DNA of 64,000 nucleotides from Candidatus Mediterraneibacter caccogallinarum (GTDB lineage Bacteria; Bacillota; Clostridia; Lachnospirales; Lachnospiraceae), in contig DWVK01000055.1 in NCBI GenBank assembly GCA_019120245.1, positions 18,869 to 82,868 on the forward strand, read 5' to 3'. The translations under genes were made by a program, and so were the position numbers. The first letter of the stretch is position 1. Every line of letters starts with the position of its first letter. The notes beneath the pieces were generated by a model. It made no database searches. It worked only from the letters and a program-made list of their open reading frames with translations, and had not been told where the DNA came from. Below are positions 18,834 to 27,766 of this stretch, one piece after another.

Positions 18834-20220
18834 AGTCACTTATTTCTTTGTGATCCTTTTTATCGCCCTGATGGGATATCTTGTATATTTTACCGCGGTG
18901 AGGGCGCGCCGCGTTGTGAACAGTCCGTACAATCAGAGACAGGATGCGTTTGCCGAGAGGGTCGTGCGGGGAGATATCGTGGACCGCAGCGGCAATGTCC
19001 TGGCGACGACGGACGTTGCGGAGGATGGGACGGAGACGAGAAGTTATCCCTATGGTTCCGTTTTCGCTCACGTAGTCGGATACAGCGACAAAGATCTGGG
19101 GACGACAGGTCTGGAATCGGTCGAGAATTTTGAGCTTCTCACTTCCAATGCCTTTTTTATGGAAAAACTGCAGAATGAATTCAGCGGTTCGAAAAACATC
19201 GGCGATACTGTGGTGACCACACTGGATGCTGACCTTCAGCAGGCAGCGTACAATGCTCTCGGAGACAACAAGGGCGCCGTGGTCGTGATGGAAGCGGATA
19301 CAGGGAAGATCCTTTCTATGGTCTCGAAGCCGGATTATGATCCGAACTATATCGTGAGCGACTGGTCCACTCTGAACACGGATGAGGAGAACAGTCCTCT
19401 CCTGAACAGGGCGACACAGGGCTCTTATGCGCCGGGGTCTACGTTTAAGATCGTGACGACGCTCGCCTTTATGAGGCAGAACGCGGATTATGCCAATTAT
19501 ACTTATGACTGTATCGGAGAGATCACAACAGGGGATACGACGATCCACTGCTTTGGCGGGACAGCCCATGGGTACGAGGACCTGAGGTCTTCCATCGCAA
19601 ACTCCTGTAATTCCTCCTTTGCCCATATCGGAACGCTGCTGGCCATCTCCGGATACCGGGATACTGCGGAGGCCCTGTTGTTCAACAAGGAGCTTCCCTC
19701 TGTGCTGGGATATACAAAGAGTTCTTTTGCCCTGACAGAGGATTCCCCGGAGGCGGAGGTGATGATGACTGCCATGGGACAGGGAAAGACAACAGTGAGC
19801 CCGTATCACATGGCGCTGATCACTCAGGCGATCGCCAATGACGGAGTAATGATGGAGCCTTATCTTGTTGACAGCGTGACGAATTATACAGGAACCGAGA
19901 TCCGCAGGAATGTACCGAAGAGTTACAAAAGACTGATGACCACGGATGAGGCGGCCCAGCTGAGAGAATACATGACGGCCGTGGTCGAAGAGGGGACAGG
20001 TTCGGTCCTGAGCGGGAGCAGTTACACCGCGGCGGGGAAAACCGGTACTGCGGAGTACAGTCTTTCGGATGGAGAGAAAACCCATTCCTGGTTTATGGGA
20101 TTTACCAATGTAGATGATCCGGAACTGGTCATCAGTGTGATCACGGAGGGATCGGACGGAAGCGCCAGCGGAAAAGCGGTTGTGATCGCCAAGCAGATTC
20201 TTGATTCATATTATAACTGA
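18715..20220 (+). CDS. Class B penicillin-binding protein (transpeptidase)
   Basis: RGDIVDR; SxxK (PGSTFK), SxN (SCN) and KTG motifs; one N-terminal TM helix. Confidence 0.93.
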   Translation: MDRERRPDRTRQRADRDSRKSRNRGRVKSKERAQNKEFARVTYFFVILFIALMGYLVYFTAVRARRVVNSPYNQRQDAFAERVVRGDIVDRSGNVLATTDVAEDGTETRSYPYGSVFAHVVGYSDKDLGTTGLESVENFELLTSNAFFMEKLQNEFSGSKNIGDTVVTTLDADLQQAAYNALGDNKGAVVVMEADTGKILSMVSKPDYDPNYIVSDWSTLNTDEENSPLLNRATQGSYAPGSTFKIVTTLAFMRQNADYANYTYDCIGEITTGDTTIHCFGGTAHGYEDLRSSIANSCNSSFAHIGTLLAISGYRDTAEALLFNKELPSVLGYTKSSFALTEDSPEAEVMMTAMGQGKTTVSPYHMALITQAIANDGVMMEPYLVDSVTNYTGTEIRRNVPKSYKRLMTTDEAAQLREYMTAVVEEGTGSVLSGSSYTAAGKTGTAEYSLSDGEKTHSWFMGFTNVDDPELVISVITEGSDGSASGKAVVIAKQILDSYYN

Positions 20221-20235
20221 CGGGGATGACTGGAC

Positions 20236-20586
20236 ATGCAGGTGAAGTTTTACTGTGATCTATATATCAGTGAAAACTGGATGAATAAAAAGCGGAAGAT
20301 AATGGCAAGACTACAGAAGAACAGGCTTCAGCCTGCGGTTTATGTCATCGCGCTGTCGCAGGGAGAACAGAATCAGTTTGAGATCTTTTCCGCCATGCTG
20401 ATGAAGCAGCATGTTTTTGACGACAAGGAACTTTTTGTCGTGGGAATCGCGGACGGATATCTGGATGCGCTCTATCTTGTGGAAGAGATGACAGAGGAGG
20501 CGTACCGGGAGACCGGAGATGCTGATATCCGCCGCTGGATTCTCCGGCGGCAGCATGAATATGACGGGACGGAGCGGAAATACTGA
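20236..20586 (+). CDS. Conserved hypothetical protein
   Basis: Intact ORF with RBS in the operon; no motif recognised. Confidence 0.7.
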   Translation: MQVKFYCDLYISENWMNKKRKIMARLQKNRLQPAVYVIALSQGEQNQFEIFSAMLMKQHVFDDKELFVVGIADGYLDALYLVEEMTEEAYRETGDADIRRWILRRQHEYDGTERKY

Positions 20587-21524
20587 TGTTACATATACTT
20601 CTGTTTATTTTGAAAATTGTAGGAATCCTTCTGCTTGCGGTTCTCTGTCTTTTTATCCTTGCAGCCGCAGTATTCGTCTTGGATCCGGTCAGATATCGTC
20701 TGGAGGGTTCCGCGGAAGAATGGGCGGATACGATCCGCGGAAGCTGCAGATTTCACTGGCTGTTCCATCTGATCCGCGGTGAGGCGGCATTTGAAAAGGG
20801 CGAGCTGAAGTGGAGGATAAGGGTTGCATGGAAGAAGTTTGAAAGCCATGCTGATCCTGAAGAGAAAGCGCCAGCTCCTGAAAGAGAGACAGTCTCTTCC
20901 CATACGGAACAGGAAGCACGAGGGACAAAGAATAATGTTCCAAAGAAAAAGGAACATATTCGGGAAACGGGCAGCGGTTCTGCCCCGGAGAAACCGTCTC
21001 CGAGAATGATGAATAAAGAAACCATAGCTGAACCTGAAAGCCGGCAGGACGCCGGGAAGGAAGAAAAAGAAGATACGCTGTATCAGAAACTCTGCGGTAA
21101 GATCGAGCGGATGAAGGAGACATTCCGGAGATTCTGTAATAAGATGAAGGCGCTTATGAGGAGAAAAGAACGGCTGAGCGCATTCCTTGCCAATGAGACG
21201 CACAAGAATGCTTTTCGAAAGGTCCTTTCGGAGTTCAGGCGTTTTCTGGGATATCTGCATCCGAAGCGTCTGAAGGCGGAACTGGAATTCGGCTTTGAGG
21301 ATCCGGCGCTCACCGGATATACACTTGCGTGGCTCAGCCTGATCTATCCGGCTGTGGGAGAAGCTGTGGAGATCCGGCCTGATTTTCATCACAGGATCCT
21401 GAAGGGAAATCTATATGCGGAGGGCAGGATCCGCATCGTGTATGCCTTGATCCCGGCCTGGAATCTGGTCCGGGATAAGAATGTAAGGACAACGTTCCGG
21501 CGTATCCGGAAACTGATGTCATAG
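20586..21524 (+). CDS. DUF2953 (YtfI-like) membrane-anchored protein
   Basis: N-terminal TM, C-terminal FGFEDPALTG...IRPDF; directly upstream of a GerW/YtfJ gene. Confidence 0.82.
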   Translation: MLHILLFILKIVGILLLAVLCLFILAAAVFVLDPVRYRLEGSAEEWADTIRGSCRFHWLFHLIRGEAAFEKGELKWRIRVAWKKFESHADPEEKAPAPERETVSSHTEQEARGTKNNVPKKKEHIRETGSGSAPEKPSPRMMNKETIAEPESRQDAGKEEKEDTLYQKLCGKIERMKETFRRFCNKMKALMRRKERLSAFLANETHKNAFRKVLSEFRRFLGYLHPKRLKAELEFGFEDPALTGYTLAWLSLIYPAVGEAVEIRPDFHHRILKGNLYAEGRIRIVYALIPAWNLVRDKNVRTTFRRIRKLMS

Positions 21525-21550
21525 AAAGTCATAAGAGGAGGAAATGAACA

Positions 21551-21952
21551 ATGGCAGAGGAAAACAATTTTAAATCGACGGTGAAGGCGCTCTTTGAAGG
21601 AATGGACAGTGTCGTGTCGTCAAAGACAGTCGTGGGAGATGCGATCCATATCAACGGAACGATCATACTTCCTCTTGTGGATGTATCCTTTGGAATCGGA
21701 GCAGGCTCCTTCCTTGCGGATAAAAAGGAAAAGGGGATGGGAGGAATGGGAGGAAGGATATCTCCCAGCGCGGTGATCGTGATCCAGGACGGAAGAACGA
21801 AGCTCGTTAATATCAAGAATCAGGATACGATCACGAAGATCCTGGATATGATCCCGGATGTGGTAGACCGATTCACCTCGGAGAAGGAAGAGAAGATGAC
21901 GGAAAAGGACGTGATGGATATTCTTGATTCCGAGGAAGAGACAAAGGAATAA
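21551..21952 (+). CDS. GerW/YtfJ family sporulation protein
   Basis: KTVVGDAI, IILPLVDVSFGIGAG, GGMGGRISPSAVIVI. Confidence 0.9.
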   Translation: MAEENNFKSTVKALFEGMDSVVSSKTVVGDAIHINGTIILPLVDVSFGIGAGSFLADKKEKGMGGMGGRISPSAVIVIQDGRTKLVNIKNQDTITKILDMIPDVVDRFTSEKEEKMTEKDVMDILDSEEETKE

Positions 21953-22004
21953 TATCCGGAAAAAAGTCATAGAATAGGATAACAGATTTTTCGGAAGTGA
22001 CGGA

Positions 22005-22142
22005 ATGAAAAGAGTACTTGGATTCGCGCTGTTCTGGATGGCGCTCGGAATGTTTCTCATGATGCTGCTTCCGAATCTTGTATGCGGTGTGATCCTGACA
22101 GTGCTTTTTCTGATCATAGGATACCGCCTGTTCTGCTGCTAA
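22005..22142 (+). CDS. Small hydrophobic protein, 45 aa (MKRVLGFALFWMALGMFLMMLLPNLVCGVILTVLFLIIGYRLFCC)
   Basis: Translated by hand; two hydrophobic segments; below the ORF-track length cut-off; followed by a terminator. Confidence 0.7.
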   Translation: MKRVLGFALFWMALGMFLMMLLPNLVCGVILTVLFLIIGYRLFCC

Positions 22143-22183
22143 AACGGAGCCTGCAGGAAAGTACAGCAACTTGCCTGCAGGAT

Positions 22184-22222
22184 AAAAAAATAAAGAGACA
22201 GTTTAAAACTGCCTCTTTATTT
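22184..22222. terminator. Likely bidirectional terminator between the small ORF and rpmB
   Basis: AAATAAAGAGACAGT-TTAAA-ACTGCCTCTTTATTT imperfect hairpin flanked by A/T runs. Confidence 0.7.
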
Positions 22223-22251
22223 TCATTCCAATACTGTATGTCCGAATCTTC

Positions 22252-22437
22252 TTATGCGCGCTCTACGCGTCCTGATTTTAAGCAGGATGTACATACATAC
22301 ATTTTCTTGGATCCGCCTTCTGTCTTAACTCTGACGGACTTCACATTTGATTTCCACATTTTTGGTGTTTTTCTATGAGAGTGGCTTACATTGTTACCAA
22401 AATGAGCACCCTTATCACAAATAGCACATTTAGCCAT
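22252..22437 (-). CDS. rpmB: 50S ribosomal protein L28 (Zn-ribbon type)
   Basis: MAKCAICDK...GNNVSHSHRKT...VCTSCLKSG. Confidence 0.97.
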   Translation of the reverse strand: MAKCAICDKGAHFGNNVSHSHRKTPKMWKSNVKSVRVKTEGGSKKMYVCTSCLKSGRVERA

Positions 22438-22488
22438 GACTGCACCTCCTAACCATCTGGACTGGTCATATAGACTCATAACAATGAT

Positions 22489-22573
22489 ATTCTAGCAGAA
22501 AGATTTTCTTATTGCAAGTATTTTTTAAAAAAACTGAATCTATATTGTAAAAACTACAAACTAATAGTATAAT
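22489..22573. promoter_or_regulatory. Divergent sigma-A promoters for rpmB (-) and asp23-DAK2 (+)
   Basis: Minus TTGCAA-17-TAGAAT (22517-22489); plus TTGTAA-17-TATAAT (22545-22573). Confidence 0.7.
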
Positions 22574-22624
22574 AAGCATGTTATTTATGGCAGAATCCAT
22601 TAATAGAACTGGAGGTAATACAGG

Positions 22625-22984
22625 ATGAAGGGAAGTATGAGCACAGATCTTGGAATCATAACAGTCAACCCTGAAGTAATCGCCAAATATGCCGGATCGG
22701 TCGCGGTTGAGTGTTTCGGAATCGTAGGCATGGCGGCAGTCAGCATGAAGGACGGGCTGGTGCGTCTCCTGAAGAGAGACAGTCTTACGCACGGGATCCA
22801 GGTCGAGATTTCAGACGAGAATGTTCTTACCTTAAACTTTCACGTCATTGTCTCATACGGGGTAAATATTCTTTCGGTTTCCGACAACCTTATGAACAAT
22901 GTCAAATATAAGGTGGAAGAATTTACCGGTATGACGGTAGATAAAATAAACGTCTTCGTAGAAGGTGTTAGAGTGATAGATTAA
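22625..22984 (+). CDS. Asp23/Gls24 family protein (YloU-like)
   Basis: ECFGIVGMA, HVIVSYGVNI, INVFVEGV; canonical rpmB-yloU-yloV synteny. Confidence 0.93.
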   Translation: MKGSMSTDLGIITVNPEVIAKYAGSVAVECFGIVGMAAVSMKDGLVRLLKRDSLTHGIQVEISDENVLTLNFHVIVSYGVNILSVSDNLMNNVKYKVEEFTGMTVDKINVFVEGVRVID

Positions 22985-22997
22985 GGAGGATCTTGTC

Positions 22998-24674
22998 GTG
23001 GCTGTGAAAACGATAAATACGGAGATGCTTCAGAAGATGTTCCTTGCCGGAGCGGCGAATCTGGAAGCAAAAAAAGAATACATTAATGAGCTGAATGTAT
23101 TTCCCGTGCCTGACGGAGATACGGGGACAAATATGACACTGACGATCATGTCGGCGGCAAAAGAAGTAAACGCGCTGGAGAAACCTGACATGGCGTCCAT
23201 CGCAAAGGCGATCTCTTCCGGATCCCTGCGGGGCGCGAGAGGCAATTCGGGCGTTATCCTCTCCCAGCTTCTCCGCGGATTTACGAAGGAAATACGCGAG
23301 TATGAAGAGATTGATGCCGCGGTGCTGGCCAGGGCATGCGAACGTGCGACTGCGACGGCATACAAGGCTGTCATGAAGCCGAAGGAGGGCACGATCCTGA
23401 CCGTGGCCAAAGGAGCCGCTCAGAAAGCCCAGGAGATGGCTGAGACGACAGAGGATCTGGAGGTCTTTCTCGCTGAGGTGATCAAATATGCGGAGGAAGT
23501 CCTTGCACAGACGCCGGAGATGCTCCCGGTGCTGAAGGAAGCCGGCGTCGTGGATTCCGGCGGACAGGGCCTGGTAGAGGTGCTCCACGGTGCCTTCGAT
23601 GCTTTCCAGGGAAAAGAAGTGGACTATACGGCGATCGAAGCGGGACCGGCGGTAAAGATGGTGAAGCCGGGAGAACAGGCGGAAACGGACATCAAGTTCG
23701 GATACTGTACAGAATTTATCATCATGACAGAGAAGCAGTTCAGTGAGAAGGACGAGACAGAGTTCAAGGCATACCTGGAGTCCATCGGTGATTCCATCGT
23801 GTGCGTGGCGGATGAGGATGTGGTGAAAGTCCATGTGCACACGAATGATCCGGGGCTTGCAATACAGAAGGCTCTGACATTCGGACAGCTCTCTCGGATA
23901 AAGATCGATAACATGCGCGAAGAGCATCAGGAGAAATTGATCAAAGATGCGGAGAAGGCTGCGGCGGCACAGGCCCAGGCATCCGCGCAGGAGAAGAAGA
24001 AAAAAGAGCCTAGGAAACCGGTGGGATTTATCGCTGTCTCGATCGGAGACGGGATGAACGAGATCTTCCGCGAGCTCGGTGTGGACTATATCATTGAAGG
24101 CGGGCAGACGATGAATCCGAGCACAGATGATATGCTCACTGCGATCGACAATGTGAATGCAGATCATATCTTCATTCTTCCGAATAATAAAAATATTATC
24201 CTTGCCGCAAATCAGGCACGGTCTCTGACAAAGGACAAGGATATCCTTGTTGTTCCGACAAAGACGGTACCTCAGGGAATCACTGCGGTGATCAATTATA
24301 TGCCGGAAGCGGATGTGGATACGAATTTTGAGACCATGCAGGAAGGAATCAAAAATGTCAAGACCGGTCAGGTGACTTACGCTGTACGTGATACCAAGAT
24401 CGACGATAAAGTGATCCACGAGGGCGATATCATGGGAATCGGCGACCAGGGCATCCTTTCAGTGGGACAATCTGTGGAGGAGACGACAAAATCGATGCTC
24501 AGCCAGATGGTGGATGAAGACACGGAACTGATCAGTATCTATTACGGACAGGACGTGCTGGCTGAAGATGCGGAAAGACTTGCGGAGACAATCGGAGAAA
24601 AGTATCCGGATGCGGATGTGGATCTTCATTCCGGAGGTCAGCCGATTTATTATTATGTTGTTTCCGTGGAATAA
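22998..24674 (+). CDS. DAK2 domain protein, fatty acid kinase subunit A (FakA/YloV)
   Basis: LNVFPVPDGDTGTNM, GARGNSGVILSQ, VVDSGGQG, YCTEF, GGQTMNPS. Confidence 0.95.
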   Translation: MAVKTINTEMLQKMFLAGAANLEAKKEYINELNVFPVPDGDTGTNMTLTIMSAAKEVNALEKPDMASIAKAISSGSLRGARGNSGVILSQLLRGFTKEIREYEEIDAAVLARACERATATAYKAVMKPKEGTILTVAKGAAQKAQEMAETTEDLEVFLAEVIKYAEEVLAQTPEMLPVLKEAGVVDSGGQGLVEVLHGAFDAFQGKEVDYTAIEAGPAVKMVKPGEQAETDIKFGYCTEFIIMTEKQFSEKDETEFKAYLESIGDSIVCVADEDVVKVHVHTNDPGLAIQKALTFGQLSRIKIDNMREEHQEKLIKDAEKAAAAQAQASAQEKKKKEPRKPVGFIAVSIGDGMNEIFRELGVDYIIEGGQTMNPSTDDMLTAIDNVNADHIFILPNNKNIILAANQARSLTKDKDILVVPTKTVPQGITAVINYMPEADVDTNFETMQEGIKNVKTGQVTYAVRDTKIDDKVIHEGDIMGIGDQGILSVGQSVEETTKSMLSQMVDEDTELISIYYGQDVLAEDAERLAETIGEKYPDADVDLHSGGQPIYYYVVSVE

Positions 24675-24701
24675 GACGGAAAAGCACAGTTTGATGAAAG
24701 C

Positions 24702-24736
24702 GGGACATTCTTCCCTCGGGAGGAGTGTCCCTTTTT
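24702..24736 (+). terminator. Terminator-like hairpin after the DAK2 gene
   Basis: GGGACATTCTT...AGGAGTGTCCC followed by TTTTT. Confidence 0.65.
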
Positions 24737-24767
24737 AACATAAATCAAAAGCTTCAGGGAGAAAATT

Positions 24768-26828
24768 ATGAACAGAAACTCAAAGATCAGTGAGCTGAAA
24801 GGAATCGGTGAAAAGACAGAAAAGCTTTTTGAAAAGGTCGGCGTGCGCACTGTGGGAGATCTGATCCGTTACTATCCGAGGACATATGAGATATTCGAGG
24901 ATCCGGTCTCCATCGGAGAGATATGTGAAGGAAAGATCTGTACGGTAACAGGCGTGGTGTTCGGAAGAATCCAGGTGTCCGGCAGCCGGAACATGCAGGT
25001 GACCACGCTGCACCTGAAGGATCTGACCGGCACGCTCAAAGTGATCTGGTTCAGAATGCCTTTTCTTCGGAATACTCTCGGCCGCGGAGGAACGGTCACG
25101 CTCCGCGGAAGAGTGGTCCGCAGAAGGGACGGGCTCGTCATGGAGCACCCGGAGATCTATTATCCTTCTTCAAAATATGAGGAGAAGAGAAATACAATGC
25201 AGCCGGTCTACGGACTGACCGCGGGACTTACGAACAATGCGGTCGTAAAGGCGGTGCGTCAGGCGCTCGACTGCACAGGAGACCGTCAGGATATCCTTCC
25301 GGAGAGCCTTGCCAGAAAATACAGTTTCATGCCCTATGATGAGGCGGTGCGGAAAATGCATTTCCCGGGGAATAAGGAAGAATTTGCCGCTGCAAGAGAG
25401 CGCTTTGTTTTTGAGGAATTCCTTGTGTTCGTGCTGTCTCTCAGGAGACTGCGGGATGAGGAGAGCCGGGCGGTAAACCGATTCGTGTTCCGGGACCAGC
25501 CGCGGATCGAAAAGTTCCTGGAAGATCTTCCGTACAGCCTCACTGCCGCGCAGCGGAAAGTGTGGGGAGAGATCAAGGCAGATATGCAGAGCGGCCATGT
25601 GATGTCAAGGCTTGTCCAGGGAGATGTAGGATCCGGAAAGACGCTCGTCGCATTCCTCGCGCTGCTCCTGGCAGGTCTGAACGGATATCAGGGCGCCCTG
25701 ATGGCGCCCACGGAAGTCCTTGCAAGACAGCATTATGAGAACATATCCGGCATGCTGGAGGGATACGGGATTCCACTGAAGGCGGGGCTTTTGACCGGTT
25801 CTATGACTGCCAGACAGAAAAAAGATACTTACGCGGAGATCGAACAGGGAAAGGTGTCGATCATCATCGGCACCCATGCCCTGATCCAGGATAAAGTGAA
25901 CTATCGGGACCTGGCTCTGGTGGTCACTGATGAGCAGCACAGATTCGGCGTAAAGCAGAGAGAGTCGCTTGCGGGAAAAGGGGATACACCTCATATCCTG
26001 GTGATGAGTGCGACGCCGATCCCAAGGACACTGGCGATCATCCTGTACGGTGATCTTGACATTTCCGTGATCGACGAGATGCCGAAAAACCGGCTCCCGA
26101 TCAAGAACTGCGTAGTTGATACAGGATACAGGGAGACCGCGTACCGTTTTATGAAAAAGCAGGTGGCGGAGGGACGGCAGTGTTACGTCATCTGTCCGAT
26201 GGTGGAAGAGAGCGAAAGTCTGGAAGCTGAAAATGTCATGGACTATTCCCATATGCTCTCTGAAGAGATGGGGAATGATATCTGTGTCGCGTGTCTTCAC
26301 GGCAGGATGAAGCAGCAGGAAAAGGACAGGATCATGGAGGCGTTCGGACGAAACGAAATACAGATACTTGTGTCTACAACGGTGATCGAGGTCGGCATTG
26401 ACGTGCCTAATGCAGCGGTCATCATGATCGAAAATGCGGAGCGATTCGGCCTCGCGCAGCTCCATCAGCTGCGGGGGCGCGTGGGAAGAGGGAAATATCA
26501 GTCCTATTGTATCTTTATGACCGCTTCAAAATCAGCCGAGACGAAAGAGCGGCTTGACATCCTGAACCATTCCAATGACGGATTCTTTATCGCCGGTGAG
26601 GATCTGAAACTGAGAGGCCCGGGCGATTTGTTCGGAATCCGTCAGAGCGGAATCCTTGATTTTAAAATTGCTGATGTGTTTCAGGATGCAAAGCTCCTGC
26701 AGAGCGCAAACGAGGATGCCGAAAAAATCCTGAGAGAGGATCCTGACCTGGCATTCCCGGAGAATGCGGGGCTTCGGCGTTATATCGACAGAAAGATCAG
26801 CGAGATTATGCTGGAGACGACGCTGTGA
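24768..26828 (+). CDS. recG: ATP-dependent DNA helicase RecG
   Basis: QGDVGSGKT, MAPTEVLA, DEQHRFG, MSATPIPR, QLRGRVGRG, DLKLRGPG. Confidence 0.98.
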   Translation: MNRNSKISELKGIGEKTEKLFEKVGVRTVGDLIRYYPRTYEIFEDPVSIGEICEGKICTVTGVVFGRIQVSGSRNMQVTTLHLKDLTGTLKVIWFRMPFLRNTLGRGGTVTLRGRVVRRRDGLVMEHPEIYYPSSKYEEKRNTMQPVYGLTAGLTNNAVVKAVRQALDCTGDRQDILPESLARKYSFMPYDEAVRKMHFPGNKEEFAAARERFVFEEFLVFVLSLRRLRDEESRAVNRFVFRDQPRIEKFLEDLPYSLTAAQRKVWGEIKADMQSGHVMSRLVQGDVGSGKTLVAFLALLLAGLNGYQGALMAPTEVLARQHYENISGMLEGYGIPLKAGLLTGSMTARQKKDTYAEIEQGKVSIIIGTHALIQDKVNYRDLALVVTDEQHRFGVKQRESLAGKGDTPHILVMSATPIPRTLAIILYGDLDISVIDEMPKNRLPIKNCVVDTGYRETAYRFMKKQVAEGRQCYVICPMVEESESLEAENVMDYSHMLSEEMGNDICVACLHGRMKQQEKDRIMEAFGRNEIQILVSTTVIEVGIDVPNAAVIMIENAERFGLAQLHQLRGRVGRGKYQSYCIFMTASKSAETKERLDILNHSNDGFFIAGEDLKLRGPGDLFGIRQSGILDFKIADVFQDAKLLQSANEDAEKILREDPDLAFPENAGLRRYIDRKISEIMLETTL

Positions 26829-26856
26829 AACGCGGCTCCGGCAGGGAGGAACGAAA

Positions 26857-27681
26857 ATGGAAGACGCATATGTGCTCACATTGAAAAACCGAAAATTTTC
26901 TGAATTCTATCTGTGTTACTGCGGCTACGCAAAATGTGAGCCGCTGCATAGTTTCGGACCGGCAGTCCGCCCGAATTACCTGATCCATCTGATCCTCGAC
27001 GGGAAAGGGGTCTACCAGATCGGAGATACTAAGTATGAGCTGTCAAAGGGACAGGGGTTCCTGATCGAACCGGAAGTGCAGACATTCTATCAGGCTGACA
27101 AAGAGGAACCGTGGACCTATCTCTGGATCGGATTCAGCGGCAGCCGGGCCAAAGAATATCTGGCGGACATCGGACTGGGGAGCGGACATAAGATTTTTCG
27201 CTGCAAAGACACCTCGGGACTCAGGGAGATCCTGAATGAAATCCTGAAAAGAAACACCTATACCGTAGAAAATGATTTTTACCGCGAAGGATTTCTGTAT
27301 TCGTTTTTCGGTCTTCTGTCGCAGAATATAAAGAGCGAAGCTGCCTCGCAGAAGGAGACAGAAAATCTGTATGTGAGGGAAGCGCTGGAATATACACAGA
27401 ATAATTATCACTATGGAATCCGCGTGTCTGACATCGCAGATTACGTGGGCGTCAGCCGCGGCTACCTTCACACGCTTTTTACGAAAACCCTCGGTCAGTC
27501 GCCGCAGGAATATCTTGTCAATTACCGGATCACCCGCGCCCAGCAGCTCCTTGAGATCACAGATCTGCCGGTAGAGGGCGTGGCGCAGTCCTGCGGATAC
27601 TCCGATCCTCTTGTATTTTCAAAACTGTTTAAAAAGAGGACCGGAAAAACGCCTTCCGCATATCGGAAGGAAAGTACATAA
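26857..27681 (+). CDS. AraC family transcriptional regulator (MsmR/RafR-like)
   Basis: Cupin sensor (HSFGPAVRPNYLIH) and C-terminal double HTH (GYSDPLVFSKLFKK). Confidence 0.92.
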   Translation: MEDAYVLTLKNRKFSEFYLCYCGYAKCEPLHSFGPAVRPNYLIHLILDGKGVYQIGDTKYELSKGQGFLIEPEVQTFYQADKEEPWTYLWIGFSGSRAKEYLADIGLGSGHKIFRCKDTSGLREILNEILKRNTYTVENDFYREGFLYSFFGLLSQNIKSEAASQKETENLYVREALEYTQNNYHYGIRVSDIADYVGVSRGYLHTLFTKTLGQSPQEYLVNYRITRAQQLLEITDLPVEGVAQSCGYSDPLVFSKLFKKRTGKTPSAYRKEST

Positions 27682-27766
27682 TGACTGTTTTTTCTTACAT
27701 TTTCTCCTGTTTATTGCCGCAAAAATCAATATAATAAGATGCAGCAGTAAACAGGAGGAATACATC

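Noticed and set aside
18640-20085. 481-aa minus-strand ORF
   Set aside because: Shadow of the PBP gene
22148-22179. Repeated CCTGCAGG palindromes as a CRISPR or REP unit
   Set aside because: Only two 8-bp copies forming one hairpin; no array
22968-24419. 483-aa minus-strand ORF
   Set aside because: Shadow of the DAK2 gene
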